Shown here one piece after another: positions 1 to 13,719 of a stretch of 64,000 nucleotides of DNA. Made by a program: the position numbers and the translations under genes. This stretch comes from Eledone cirrhosa (lineage: Eukaryota). Every line of letters starts with the position of its first letter. Position 1 is the stretch's first letter. The notes beneath the pieces are model-generated. The model was given only the letters and a program-made list of their open reading frames with translations. It did no database searches and was not told where the DNA came from. The DNA lies in the NCBI GenBank assembly GCA_964016885.1, contig OZ024740.1:169632001-169696000 (forward strand). Direction: 5' to 3'.

Positions 1-374
1 AATACACTTTTGTCTAATCAGACATTTCTACAAATATCACCAGCTATTTTAATCTTATTTGTAGGTATTTGCCTTTAGTTCAAATCCCCTATTCATCAGC
101 TGCCATCACTGCCGTATCACATGGTTGTCATCTCTATATTTTCTTTTTGAGTTACAAAGTCCTGTTTTGTTTTGTTATGATATCGTCTCACGTACAACTC
201 ATCAACAGACCGGTCATCCAATCTGTTGCTCAAACTGTCATCAAATGTGCAGTGCCACCTAATTGCACGAAAGTGTACTGCCAGCAAGGTGGCTGATGAG
301 GTAGAGATGCATCTGTTGTGTTACATAACTGTGTGCACTTTCTGCTGATACTGATATACTTATATCCACATCTG

Positions 375-428
<54 letters not shown>

Positions 429-446
429 TATATGTATATACACACG

Positions 447-539
<93 letters not shown>

Positions 540-559
540 ATATACATATATATATATGT

Positions 560-611
<52 letters not shown>

Positions 612-1036
612 CACTCAGCGGATCTTCAACCCTCTACTAGATGAAGCATCAGTATCTATTCTGGTTACTTTGGCTTATTTGTCATCATTGGCGATGTGCA
701 GAGTAGACAAGGAAGAGAATTTGAATGCAGGATGTAAAGCACCAGGGCAGATACCACAAAGTATCTTGTCGTAGGCACTGACAATTCTGCTAATCCACCG
801 CCTTGGGTGGTACTTTATTTATCGATCATGAAAGGGTGACAGGAAAAGGTGACCTCAATGAGATGTGTAGTCATAGCACAGAGACCCGCAAAAAATGACT
901 TAGAGCAATTAATACTACTTTCTAATACAACGACATACAGTAGAAGCAAGGTAAAATTTAGACAAAGTTGTTTTAGGGTCTGGAACTCATTGGTCAGCTT
1001 GACGATGTAAATCAATTCTAAAATATTTCAACTTAC

Positions 1037-1222
1037 AAGAACCATTGGTTTTAGCACTGATCTGTGCACTGTCATCACTAACACCAATTTTATTGAAGGA
1101 GTTGACCATGAAACGGTATCCTGTTCCACATTTCAGTTCCTTGAACATGTATGTACGGCTTATAGGGTCAGTTTCCAAAGTCTGCCATTCTCCATGTTCC
1201 TTCTTGAATTTAACATAAAATC
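1037..1222 (-). CDS. Dscam: Dscam exon, FNIII-5 C-half (GFYVKFKKEHGEWQTL...LKCGTGYRFMVNSFNKIGVS...KTNGS)
   Basis: tttcag acceptor, T|GTAAGT donor, LxCGTxY motif typical of Dscam FN5. Confidence 0.93.
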
Positions 1223-1564
1223 CTGAAATATCATTGACAGTTATTTAATAATATACATGTTAATATACAATGCACGCGCCAAACATTTTAATGACGCTTT
1301 GTTCACTAAAGCTGAAGATAGATTTGGGGTACAATGAGACACTACATACTTTTTGAGGTAATGTTTTATAGGCGAATGCTATTCCCAGCACCAACCCATT
1401 AAGTCACCTCTCACGACATGCAGGAATGCGAGTGCACCTATTCTACACAGAATACATACAGGACGTTGTTTAATAAAGATTAACATGAAGTTGAGAATAT
1501 CGTTACGATTGAAATAACATTAGAGAATCTAGAATATATGAAACAATAGACATTTAAATTTTAC

Positions 1565-1663
1565 CTGTTATTTTACTTCCACCATTGTGTCGAGATTTCC
1601 AATTGATCTGTATCGTAGATGCTGTTGTTGAAGCCATCTCTAATATTGGTTCTCGGGGTATAA
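1565..1663 (-). CDS. Dscam: Dscam exon, FNIII-5 N-half ([33 protein letters not shown])
   Basis: cttctag acceptor, G|GTAAAA donor. Confidence 0.92.
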
Positions 1664-1693
1664 CTAGAAGAAACCACCGTACATGTTATTATG

Positions 1694-1767
<74 letters not shown>

Positions 1768-1773
1768 ACACAC

Positions 1774-1830
<57 letters not shown>

Positions 1831-1836
1831 ACACAC

Positions 1837-1886
<50 letters not shown>

Positions 1887-2219
1887 ATATAAACGACCTC
1901 CTCACCAAGCTCATAGTTAATACAAAAACAATGGTTGTTGTTATTAATTTGTGATTGCATAACACACGGCGATTTCGAATAATGGCGTATATAAACTTAT
2001 TTAGAGTATGTTTTCATATAACATACATACTTTTAAACTATTATATACATGTTTATATGCACCTTTATTCTTAATAATGGTGCATTATTGCTATCGTTAC
2101 TTAGCACTAGTCGACTTACCTTGCGCTATATGTAAATGAATCTTCACCAAGAAAAGTATGTTTGTGTATAAAGATGATATGCACCTTTAATACCAATATA
2201 TCTTAGCATAAGATTGCTC

Positions 2220-2658
2220 GGTTGTTAATGTAGCTGCGCAGTAAAAACCTGTTAGACCATTACTCAATAGAGTACTCGATACTTGGGGTAGAGAATGGGT
2301 AATATGAAGGATTCGGGAACCCGACAGCTGAGTCTCGACAGCTGCCGTTTTAATAGCTAGTTCCGAACTGGCTGTTGAAACGACATGAGTTCAGCCGTCG
2401 GCGTTCCGAATCATTCGTATGTGTCATAACCATAGCTTAATATACGCATAGCGTGACTGACTACGTGTTTTTTTTTATTCGTGAACCTATTGCATATGGC
2501 TTAATGTATGAATTTAGTATAATTATAAAGGTAATTACGTTTAAAACAAAGAAGTACAGATTTGTGAAATAACTCAAACAACAACAACACAAATTTGTTA
2601 AAGAATGCGAAACATTCTTTAACGTGAGTTGATAGAAGTAAGTTATGAAAAACAACCT
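2220..2658. mobile_element. Putative degenerate MITE with internal inverted repeat
   Basis: Termini ggttgtt...aacaacc; internal IR atatgaaggattcgggaacccgacagctga / ttcagccgtcggcgttccgaatcattcgtat. Confidence 0.35.
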
Positions 2659-2744
2659 ACATACCTGGCGTGCGCGGTTTCACTGTAAGTAAAAATAAGA
2701 AAATATAAGAGTACTTATTTACAGAAGGCAATACTACTAATAAT

Positions 2745-3156
2745 AAAGGTTTCTGATTTAGTCACAAGGCCAGCAATTATCCCAGTGCATTACTCGTTCT
2801 TCATTTTTTCTACCCCGTAAGGATGAAAGGCAAAGTTACCCTCGGTTGGAACTCAGACCGTAGAGGGCCGTAAGTCTATGCTGCAAAGCATGGCGTCCGA
2901 CCCTCTACCGTTACTGTCAATCCACTACTAATGATCATGGTTTCTGATTTAGACACAAGGTCAACAATTTTGGGGGAAGAGAAAGTCAATTAAATCGATC
3001 CCAGTGCTTTATTGGTATTTTTTTTTTATCGACCCCGTAAGGATGAAAGGAAAAGCTAACCTCGGCGATACTTGAACTCAGAACGTAAAGGGCTGTAACT
3101 CTATGCCGTGAAGAATGTTGTCCGACGCTCTACCGATACTGCCAATCCACCGCCCT
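2745..3156 (-). mobile_element. Two tandem tRNA-derived SINE copies (MetaSINE-like central domain)
   Basis: Reverse complement of the consensus ggattggcagtatcggtagag...gagttcaaatcc...gcctttcatccttacggggtcgataaaataaagtaccag. Confidence 0.8.
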
Positions 3157-3284
3157 TATATCTATGTATTTAATAATAATTAAATACATAGATAGATATA
3201 TACGTAAATAAAGCCACACTCATACGAATACAGACACACATAATTCATTTTATTCGAAATTAACTTAATTGTATAGTATGACAT

Positions 3285-3832
3285 TATTAAAATAAAGTAC
3301 CAGTAATGCACTGGGTTTTTGCTGGCCTTGTGCCAAAAGTAGAAACAATTAAAATATGCGGTGGATTGGCAGTATCGGTAGAGAGTCGGACGCCATGCTT
3401 TGCAGCAAAGAGTTACGGCCCTTGCCATTCTGAGTTCACATCCCGGCGAGGTTAACTTTGCCTTTCATCCTTACGGGGTCGATAAAATAAAGTACCAGTA
3501 ATGTACTGAGGTATTTGCTGGCCTTGTGCCTAAAGTAGAAACAATTATTAAAATATTGACCATATTAGAATATTAAAAATGATTATTAGTTGTCTATATA
3601 TACATGTATTTTAAGTTATGTAACTTTAAAGATACAAACCATTATTTCAGTTTGCATCGGACCGTGGATTGTCAGTATCGGTAGAGAGCCGGACAACCTG
3701 CTTGGCAGCATATAGTTACGGCCCTTTGCGTTCTGAGTTCAAATCCCGCTGAGGTTAACTTTGCCTTTCATCCTTACGATAAAATAAAGTACCAGTAATG
3801 CACTGGAATCGATTTAATAAAGTAGAAACAAA
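3285..3832 (+). mobile_element. One partial and two near-full tRNA-derived SINE copies
   Basis: B-box-like GTTCAAATCC, gcctttcatccttacggggtcgataaa domain, ggccttgtgcc...agtagaaacaatta tail. Confidence 0.82.
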
Positions 3833-4059
3833 CATTTCAGTTTGCATATAGCTTTTGAAAGCAGGTTGGCACAAAGCAGCAATTTGAATAAAGGGGAAAG
3901 CCTATTATATTAACCCCAGTATGTAACTCGTGCTTTGTTATTGACACCGGTAGAAGTTGACCATGGCAGGATTTGAACTCAGAGTGCAGACAGCGAGAAC
4001 GAATTCTGTGAAGCATAGTCCCTGACACCCTGAAAAATATACCAATCCACTGCACTGTA

Positions 4060-4258
4060 ATAATTGTTTCTTCATTTGGCACAAGGTTAGCAATCCGAGT
4101 AAATCAACCTCAGTGTGTTACTGCTACTTTATCTTATCGACCCTGTAACGATGAAATGAAAAGCTAACTCGGCGGGAATTAAACTGAGAACATAAAGGGC
4201 CGTAACTATATGCCGCAATTTATGTTGTCCGATGCTCTATCGATACTGCCAATAATAA
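4060..4258 (-). mobile_element. tRNA-derived SINE copy
   Basis: Same family as 2745-3832, diverged. Confidence 0.7.
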
Positions 4259-4294
4259 TATTCAATAAAATGAAATAAATCACTTTCTGCTTAC

Positions 4295-4449
4295 CAGTAA
4301 CTTTAACAGAAATAATAATTTCGTCGACGCCATATAAATTTTCTGCTCGACATGTATAATTAGCCGCATCTTTGAATTGGGCACGCCTCAAGTTTAAAGA
4401 ACCAGACTGAAGAATTTGCACGGTTTTACTGGATACAAGTGGTTTGCCA
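4295..4449 (-). CDS. Dscam: Dscam exon, Ig10 C-half (GKPLVSSKTVQILQSGSLNL...DAANYTCRAENLYGVDEI...VT)
   Basis: aacttag acceptor, G|GTAAGC donor, phase 2 to 1. Confidence 0.93.
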
Positions 4450-4690
4450 CTAAGTTAAAAAAAAAAAAAATGTAGGTTAATAACAATACATATTTGCAGG
4501 TATTAAAAAAAAAAATGGTAATTTATTTGAATAATCAACTATCATTTTTTCAGCAATTTCAAATGTTTAAACTTCAGGCCTCTTACTTCGAAACATTTGG
4601 CATGAAAGGAAAATAAAAAAATTAAAAGAAGGCGAATTCCTTATAGTATTATATCACAGAAGAATTATACAAATAAAATGTATATCCTAC

Positions 4691-4805
4691 TTGATTATCC
4701 ATGAAATCTCTGGGAGAGGATTTCCAAGCGCGTTACATTTCAGAAAAGTGTTAGTTTTCCAGTAGAGAGTTTTCTCCCCTGCGAAGTTCATAATACGTGC
4801 AGGAA
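4691..4805 (-). CDS. Dscam: Dscam exon, Ig10 N-half (VPARIMNFAGEKTLYWKTNTFLKCNALGNPLPEISWII)
   Basis: ttgtag acceptor, AA|GTAGGA donor, phase 1 to 2. Confidence 0.92.
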
Positions 4806-5144
4806 CTACAAAGACCAGACAATAAATTGACAGAGGATTAGAACATTTAAAAATGAATATATAAAAGGAAAGGAGTCAATCGTTACATCCGACCAAAGAA
4901 TCTGTTTTCGTTGGTCATACTTTTGCTGCTACTAACTGTTGAACTCACAGTACCTGATCAAGTATCGCAAAACATCCCGTCCGACACTGAGAGTGAAAGC
5001 AATGTTGACTTAGAGTGGATTTGAATTCAGAACGCAAAGTGCTGGAACTAGTAATGAGGCGTTTAATTCGACGCTCCCCCGCCTATAAACCTAAAGGTCT
5101 CACAGTAAAAACCATGTTTGGTAGCGTTACAAATTGTGTGAGCA

Positions 5145-5291
5145 TAGGATGCTTTGCTAATTTGTTGTGGAACTAACTTTATACTTTATACCCAACTCAC
5201 CCTATGGACTGAGTGCTCTACTTACTATGTATATAACCTCCCGGTATAAAGTATAAAGTTAGTGCAACAACAAATTAGCAAAGCACCCTAT
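5145..5291. repeat. Inverted repeat (~48-bp arms) next to (TA)n
   Basis: ataggatgctttgctaatttgttg...tttatacc versus ggtataaagtataaagttag...caaattagcaaagcaccctat. Confidence 0.85.
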
Positions 5292-6099
5292 ATATATATA
5301 TTTATATATATATAGGGGAGAATGCATTTCATTATTATCTCCTATATATTTTGAAGAGCTCGGAAAAATTTCCTTGAGCTCGTTATATTACAGGGACTAA
5401 CGCGAGTCCTTTCCTCCGTTGTTTCATTTGATATATATGTATGGTAAACATTTAGAATAGCGAACCAATATGTAAGGGACGTAATTTGAAAATAAGAATT
5501 ATTTCGAAATGAGTATCTATGTTAACTATATATGTGTGTGTGGTATACATATAGGTATTAACTCTATATGTGTGTATATATATATAATAACCATACCATG
5601 CATCATTATATATGTATGTATAGGCGTGTATTATATATATATATATATGATGGCTGCAAACTCTGCTAAGAATATTGCAATCGCTTGTCAGATTATAGAG
5701 TTTGGTGCACTTTTAAGCTACGGCCAGCCACACGAACCTGTAACACACCCCGAACAAGCAATTCCTGTGCTTTGAAGGTTTTTAAAGTAGGGCAATGCCT
5801 TGCACTTGACTTGAAAATATCGCCTTCAATATCAGCATAATATAGCTAAAACTACATTATCTAATGTTCCTTTTATATTCCTAGATATGACGGCTGTGAT
5901 TTGATGATGGTTTGGCTCTTATTTCTAGCATGTAAAATTTCTTTTACGGTTCATTAAAAAGTTATATGTTAGTTCTCCAATATTTAGAAAATAATATGAC
6001 TTATTATAAGGGAAGTCACTCTTTCATTAGATGTATGAAATACTATGGGTTAATTCCCTTGAAATAAGTGTCTATGAATGTTTATAAAATATAAAAATG

Positions 6100-6163
<64 letters not shown>

Positions 6164-6312
6164 GTGTATAATATAGAAATGGCTTCTACAGGACTAGAAC
6201 TGTTTCATTCAAAAGAAATCACTGTTCTATATTATATATGATGGTTGTACTCTACTAATATATTGAGTACCTAACTAAATGTTACCCGGGACTCACACAC
6301 AGACACACACAC

Positions 6313-6386
<74 letters not shown>

Positions 6387-7022
6387 TATACAGTATATAA
6401 ACTCTTTATATACATATTCACTTCATGGAAGCTGCTACATAAAGACACATTTTGGTGAACATGCACAACACGCGTGGATACTTTTATTTTAGAATGTTTT
6501 CTTCTTCGCCCACTTATTTTTGAGAGGGTCGTGGGAACAGAGTCCTCAACCCCTTCTTCCTGTCAGAAGCAACCGTCTCCGACTGAGCTGGTTGGATCCC
6601 CAAACGTGTCCAGACAAACTCATGGATGTTACCCAACCATCTTGCTCGAGGTCTATCCCTGGGCTCTTGCCATGTGTTTTTGCCCGTAAAATCTGTCCAT
6701 CTCCCATACTATAGACAGGAAAGAATCCCGGAACAGATTCTAGAAAATGTGTAACAATAATCATTACACAATGAAATTAGTGCTAAGCATGGAATCTGGC
6801 GTCACTGTGCTTCTTCAAAAGAACCTTCAGTTTTCTATTTGTTTTTAAATTCCTTGGATTGCAAGGGTTTTCAGATCGGTCTCTCCCGATGAAGTGTCCA
6901 TCTCATAGAAATCTTACAGAAATATATTCCATTACACAATAATACTATTTATGTGATACATACATTTCCGAAAGCCCAGGCATTTTAAGATGTGATGTAG
7001 AAGTTATGATGCGGTAAACACA

Positions 7023-7172
7023 GCAGACCTGCCAACCTCTAAAAACCCAAGCAGAGAGTACCATGAAAAATAGTGCCCCCTAACAGGGAGAAATGATGCA
7101 GCATGGGAGATTTTACATAATGAAACCTAGACCCATTTTCACAAGAGAAGACATCTCTCACCCACCCCAAAG
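7023..7172 (+). mobile_element. Dispersed DNA-transposon/MITE end fragment (also ~9054-9120 and ~49450-49600)
   Basis: Three copies starting agacctgccaa...aaacccaa...gagtaccatgaaaa...gtgcccc; the terminus resembles hAT-type MITE ends. Confidence 0.55.
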
Positions 7173-7563
7173 TGTCAATATAGTTCCCCAGTTGCAATAG
7201 AATAGGGAATCCTCGTCGCAGACTTATTTCGCAGAGAATTTACTCGTTATCCGTAGCAGATAACAAGTATCATCTCGTGTAAAACGATTTGGGCTTCTAA
7301 GTTAATAGTTACAAAGTCAAATTTTAAAAAAGATGAATGTATCAATTATAGTAAATTAACAGTATATATTTTATCTTTATTTAAGCGGCGGGGATTAAGG
7401 CAACGCTGGACAAAGGAATATTTTAAACTTAGAAGATAGAGTTTAATAATCTCAGTTACATATGTATGTTTTATCTTGTACACCTTTGCTACCACATGCA
7501 TTGTAAATTACAACATAAAGGTCTGAGAGAAAAATGATTAAAACATGAATATACCCCAAATAC

Positions 7564-7723
7564 CTTTGTCAGTAGGCGTTGCCCGAACCGTTTTACTTGG
7601 AATACTCTCACCAACGGATGTGCATGCACTCACTGTAAACATGTATTCCTGCCCTTCCAGCAAACGGCTTATCATATAACTTGTTCTTCGAACTTTAATT
7701 TCCAGTTTCGGGCTCTTGTTATT
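7564..7723 (-). CDS. Dscam: Dscam exon, FNIII-4 C-half (NNKSPKLEIK...LLEGQEYMFTVSACTSVGES...TDK)
   Basis: tattcag acceptor, G|GTATTT donor. Confidence 0.92.
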
Positions 7724-9174
7724 CTGAATAAATAAAAATAAACACTCGAATAACAGCTTGGATATTACGATAGCTGCTACATCAAAAGTGCCTAAACATT
7801 CAGTTTGCGTTTTGTTATTAAATTCCTTGGAATGCAAGCTGATTTAGATCAGTTTCTCCAGACAAAATGTCCAGCTCATAGAAATCTGACAAATATACCC
7901 CATTATTATATTTAATAAAACGTAACATTTATCCATATCTGAAATAATATATCGGACAATGTTTTTCGGACAATGTTTTCTTACCCTATTTGAAACTGCA
8001 TCACAAGGACTGAGTTTTCCCTACAGGAATCAGAACATACATCAGCGCTCATTATTTGCAAACAATTCACATGGGTCGTTCTCTATACGCACACAAGTAT
8101 CTACACAAACATATATGCTCTGGTATGCAGCGAAGATAAAAGCATGACCGTATACTTATTTGTTCACTAACGAAAGTACGTCTAATACCTTTCTCAAGGA
8201 TTACATTTTACTGACTATTTAACACCACGCCACCGTAATAACCTACCTGTTGAATCGGGTTTGTTTTTCTGTTACAACTATGTTACATGCGACACAATCA
8301 ATCCTCAATCATTTGCTGAATTGCCCTATCTCAGAATGGCTACAACAACATTTAGCCATAGTCTATCGCTTTCCTGGCCATGCTCATTAGTTTTGTCTTC
8401 GGAATATTTTTTGGTAAATTATTTTTTTCAATATTCATATAAGAATATAGGAAAGCAATCGTCACAGTATGCTAGAATTTTATGGCACCCACACATTATA
8501 GTTAAATATAAATATAGTAACAATAATAATGGACTGTGATGCATGCCATTAGACTTGGTTGTACAAGTAGAGGAACTGTCATACGCTCACTACCAAAGAT
8601 TACAGACACACAAGGAGGACTGAAGGGTGGAAGAAATAATAAATATTCAGCTTGACACACTGCACATATTTTATTATAAGATTTGAAGCCGTCGTAGTAT
8701 ATATTAGAATCAGTCGAATATATAGTTCACTGGATTTTCGACACAGAGAATGATGAAACGCAAAGTCGAACTCAGAATGCAATGTTTCGTAGCTAAATAT
8801 CGACAGGTAATTTTTCTGCCACTCAAAAAAACCTCAGCTAATCCCCCAACAATCAAATGAGTGGCTGATAAATGTGCTAGTTATAGTAGCCAGATCTTTG
8901 TCATGCAATATCTCATCGTTTTAAATAAAGAAGAACACTTTAAGAGATATATAGCCGTAGATAATCTTAAAACTCGACCTTGACCATTAGAAAGGTTTTG
9001 TTCAAAAGTGAAGAACAACAAACAATATAATCTATATAATATCCGACATGTATCCAGACCTGCAAACTCCTAAAAACCAAAGCGGGGAGTACCACGAAAA
9101 AAAGTGCCCCAAAACGGGGACGGTGACTACTGCATTAAATAATAAAAAAAATAAGGGAAGATTCATTTACTGAC

Positions 9175-9314
9175 CGGGGGGCCTCTTGAGCTGTTTGAGT
9201 AGCGGATTATATATTTAACGAGAATTCCATTCTGATTGATCGGAGCTTGCCACAGAAGCAAGACTGTATTTTGATTTTTAGCAATAACTTTCACATTGGG
9301 TGGCTGTGATGGTA
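9175..9314 (-). CDS. Dscam: Dscam exon, FNIII-4 N-half (VPSQPPNVKVIAKNQNTVLLLWQAPINQNGILVKYIIRYSNSSRGPP)
   Basis: tttcag acceptor, CCG|GTCAGT donor, phase 1 to 0. Confidence 0.92.
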
Positions 9315-9374
9315 CTGAAATAGAAACAAATACATTTGTAATGAAAATGTTTCATATAGTTGATTATATAGTAA

Positions 9375-9467
<93 letters not shown>

Positions 9468-9781
9468 AACACACACATACATACACAGAAGTTGTGTGTT
9501 GTTAGCGCTTGAGATAAAATACTTTGAGGTACGGATAGCGGAATTGTCAGAGCATCGGACGAAATGTCTTGCTAAATCTGTTCAGGCTCTTTCACGCAAA
9601 GTCCTTCAGTAAATAGACTTAATCCGCTGTTAGATTAAACATCAAAAGCCAGTCCATGACAGGCTTTAGCAGAGTTCTTTCTGTTACACATATTTGGGTT
9701 AGGTCTTCGGGTTTGAAGATAACTTTTTCCTTTCCCTCCACCAGGTACAGAAGTCCTGAACATGCTCACTAATCTGTGCGT

Positions 9782-9833
<52 letters not shown>

Positions 9834-9951
9834 GCACACACACACAGACACACATATATATAAATGCACACACACACATACAAGCACGGTATGTATACAT
9901 CTATCATGAGATGTTTATCTTTGTAAATGGTATTTGTCAAAAATATCTTAC

Positions 9952-10107
9952 CATCTTCACTGGTCTTCATATAGATAGGTTCACTTCTGACACCTTCTCC
10001 CATCAGAGTGTAAGCTAACACTTGGATGCTGTAGTTCGTAAATTTCTTAAGATTAGGAACGACAGTCTCCAATCTGGTACTTGTTACATAGCTGGCTTCT
10101 GTTTCAT
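9952..10107 (-). CDS. Dscam: Dscam exon, FNIII-3 C-half (DETEASYV...LKKFTNYSIQVLAYTLMGEGVRSEP...TSED)
   Basis: ttcacag acceptor, G|GTAAGA donor. Confidence 0.94.
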
Positions 10108-10984
10108 CTGTGAATAAGTATATGAGACTAACGATAGAAATACCTTATGTATACAATGAGAATATTAAGGTAATTTTAGTTCCAATTCAGTCCTATTATC
10201 AAAACCATCCCAGCTCCGTCGTTCCAGATATAATGTATTTAAGACTTAATTATTCAAAATGTTCTTGTTTAAAGTCTGATTTTAAATATGTTGCTCCGAT
10301 CCTTAGTACGTCGAGTGACTATGTACAGTATTTTCCGTATAAAGAAATCTTTCACATAGTCGATTAAGCTACTGGAAATAACATCCAAATCTACAGCAAA
10401 TCACACCATCGCGTTTTAAATATATACATCAGATAAGGGAATAGTTGAAAGGTTGTGCCTGAAATGAAAGAGGGAATAATCATGTCTGACAACCCTTTTT
10501 AAAAATGTCTTTGCTGTATCAACGTTGTTCTGGAGCTAAACAATAACCACTATTTCCTTCAGTGGTTTGAGTTAATAAACGTGAGTCAAATTAGTATGGA
10601 TCGACCTATCGTTTGCTGTCAATTCAGCGAAAATTCCTAGTTGAAAGTAAGGTCCTAAATCGAAATAAAAAGTATATATTTATCTTTAGTTAAATAATCG
10701 CCTTTCCCCAGGGACTAGCTGCATGTTCAGAGTGAGAAACGATATAACAATAGATACGGAAAAATAATTTCTATCGTATTCTCAGAAAAACAAACGACTA
10801 GCTACAATTCAAGAATGGTTGACCCCACACCCGCGTTCAAATCCGACACCACGTGATGTCCACATTTCTAAAAACCTATAATTTGCAATATTTATTTGGT
10901 TGCTGTTACGCAAACGAAATAGTATGGAAACAAGAGGTTGTCAAGAAATATGAGAAACAGTAGAAAACCTTAACCCTTAGCTCA

Positions 10985-11190
10985 GGTTTTCCCGCGCCTT
11001 GAAGCACACAAGGCAGTAAGCGTCTGCCAGCCACGTTGACATGCCACGTGTGTCTTTCCACCAATCCAACTAATTTCTGTGCGTCTGAGGTCTTCCTGGA
11101 ATGTTCGGCACCAGGTATTCCTGGATCGACCCCTCAGATTCATTTCCTGTCGAATTGATATCAAGTGAAACATTGACCCGCCAAGCGAAA
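10985..11190 (-). mobile_element. RTE-type LINE 3' remnant
   Basis: RGRSRNTWCRTFQEDL resembles the RTE C-terminal RGRPxxxW motif. Confidence 0.55.
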
Positions 11191-11509
11191 TGAGTGGAAA
11201 ATAAAGTGTTTATCATATTGTCGCTACTGGCACATAGGGAAATAATAATTAAGATTGAACCAATTACAATGAATTTATGTTGAAATAAGAGACACCATGC
11301 TGCTTTAAACAGTAAGAGAAATAGAGATAATCTTTATATACTGTTAAATAACGATGGCAAGCAAATACATATTTCGCAGTATTATGATTATTGTGATAAA
11401 GAATCTTCTGAAATGATAACTAGATGCAAACGTGTTTTAAAAATGAACATTATTAAACAAAAAATATGAATGATCAACAAAATAGAAAAAAAAAAAAATG
11501 AAGCCATAC

Positions 11510-11656
11510 CTTCATCAGCTCTAACTTCTTTATAAAGGACTTTGTAGCCTTGAAGCACACCTTGGACGGTGTAATACGGTGGTTCAGCCCAAGATATTCG
11601 GAGACTGTCGGACTTTACATCACGTATGCGGACGTTTTGAGGTGGCAAACTGGGAA
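11510..11656 (-). CDS. Dscam: Dscam exon, FNIII-3 N-half (VPSLPPQNVRI...SWAEPP...GVLQGYKVLY...ADE)
   Basis: tttttcag acceptor, G|GTATGG donor. Confidence 0.93.
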
Positions 11657-12054
11657 CTGAAAAAATACATACTGGACTACTGAATTTCTATTTCTGGGAG
11701 TTGTACATGAACATTTCAAGAGAGGTTAAAATATTTGACAGGAAAATATTTAACTTTGGGTATATACATGGAAATCCGTCTTCATATTAAGGCATACATA
11801 TTCATCTCTAAATCGCCTTCAGCCCACCATCCCGTAAGCCATGCAAACCGGTAATGAGCATTGCCTTTCTTCCTCTAACTATCCATGTGTTTAAAAGGTA
11901 GATTTGATATAATTTTTTAACATGTTATGTCACCACGTAAAAGTTCTTTTGTTCACTCGTTAAAATACATATTTTACGCCTCTGCAAACTGAATATTCAA
12001 GCGAACTATAACATTTTGTACTAGATATTTATTTGTAACACGATTCATACTGAC

Positions 12055-12292
12055 CATCCTCTAAAGTAAAAGCTGTGACATCATCCGTTATTGGTCCTAA
12101 ACCTTTAGAATTGTACGCACGGACATGTAGGTCGTATCGAGTGTATTTCGAAAGATCTGTAACCTGTTGTTCCAAGTCACTGTTATTTTCAGTCAGCTTT
12201 TTTAGATAAGTGTAGGATTCACTGGAATTGTGTTGTTTGTATCCAATGTAGTAACCCAAGATTTTGCCATTTTGTTGATCGTAGAGTGGAGC
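12055..12292 (-). CDS. Dscam: Dscam exon, FNIII-2 C-part (APLYDQQNGKILGYYIGYK...LSKYTRYDLHVRAYNSKGLGP...TLED)
   Basis: tcttacag acceptor, G|GTCAGT donor. Confidence 0.94.
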
Positions 12293-13033
12293 CTGTAAGA
12301 GTTAAGTGCATTGGTATTTGAGAAAAATTTAGTACAAACATTTAATCAACAATAATTTAGACGTAAAATTAGAACTAGGCATAATTAATTAAAATTTGGC
12401 AGGGGAAGATAGCATAAGAAAGGTATATGGCATTTATTCGTCCACCATCTGATGTTGAAAAGAACATTGAGGAGTGTGTTTGGAAAACAAACAGAAATTT
12501 ATTCCTTGAGGACTACAGGTAGAGAAAAACTAACCAGCTCGTGAAGACATAGGTTAGTTTAACTTTAGAACAATAAACATACGAGCGTATTCTGCAATAC
12601 ATGTCGACAAACGAACGAATAAAATAACAATGAAAATCAAAATAATAATAATCGCGTGTTGTTTGGGAGGGAAGGAATAACTTTGAGATCAATGAAGGAA
12701 GAAATCCCAAAACTACCGAACATAAAGGTCATCTGGAATGTTTGTTGGTAAAATCATAAACTTGTAAAAAAGTTTAAATTGATTATAATCCGGCTTATAG
12801 TGATCGATCAATGTTTAACATGTAAGGGAGGAAAAATTGAATACTACAAACAAAATCAATTGCTATACGTTACAATACAAAAAAAAAAACACAAAGTAAA
12901 AATCTAAACCATGAATGACATACAACTCATTCTTAAAAAAACAAATATATTCCACCAATCCCCAACACTATAGACTACCCATATCTTGAACAACAATTAT
13001 TAGTAGTATAAGAGTAACAGAATGTCTCCCTAC

Positions 13034-13104
13034 CTGCCAAGTGACTTTCAAGGAAGTTGATCCACTTGCTTGTACTCTAACATCTGTTGGGGACCCTGAA
13101 GGCA
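13034..13104 (-). CDS. Dscam: Dscam exon, FNIII-2 N-part (VPSGSPTDVRVQASGSTSLKVTWQ)
   Basis: 71-nt exon, ttatag acceptor, CAG|GTAGGG donor, phase 1 to 0. Confidence 0.92.
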
Positions 13105-13719
13105 CTATAAGACGATTGAAATACGAATAAAATTCGAAAGAAAATGTAACATCACAAATATTAAGGTTAAATGCGTCCGTACCATACCTAAATAGTCAGT
13201 ATATTTATAGATGTGTACAACAATATACCACAAAGTGTACTGAACATTATTTTGAAGTAGAGAAAACTCTTGGATAGATTTCCAGAAATTATTGGTTTCT
13301 AATTTTGTGAAGGCACTATTTAGTTCAGGTACAATCGAATGAATTAATGATAGTTATTGTATTTTAACCTTAGGTTAACTTTGAAAGATAGTGTCTATCT
13401 ATTTCACGAGTTACCTGCAAAGTTTCTATTCGCTAAATTTCATTCATAAGGCTTCGGTGAACCTGAAGCAATAGCAAAAGACATTGTCAATGGCTGCGCA
13501 CAATGGTTGAATGTTCTTCCCTTTTCAAAACAGGAAAGTATCTTTTGAGAGGGATTTAGTTACTAGAGACTTCTACATTAAGTCGAATCAATACCAATAT
13601 ATATTATATGTGTCGTTGTCAAAGCCGTGAAAAAAATCTGGTCCAATTTGAACTGGGAACTGAAATGATGAAACATAAAACGTTGTTATATAGTCTATTT
13701 TAGTGATTTGTATCGTCTA

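Noticed and set aside
1-1036. FNIII-6 exon
   Set aside because: No matching open frame seen, only microsatellite and SINE-like remnants
3357-3552. tRNA gene (B-box-like motif)
   Set aside because: No cloverleaf; it is the head of a multi-copy SINE
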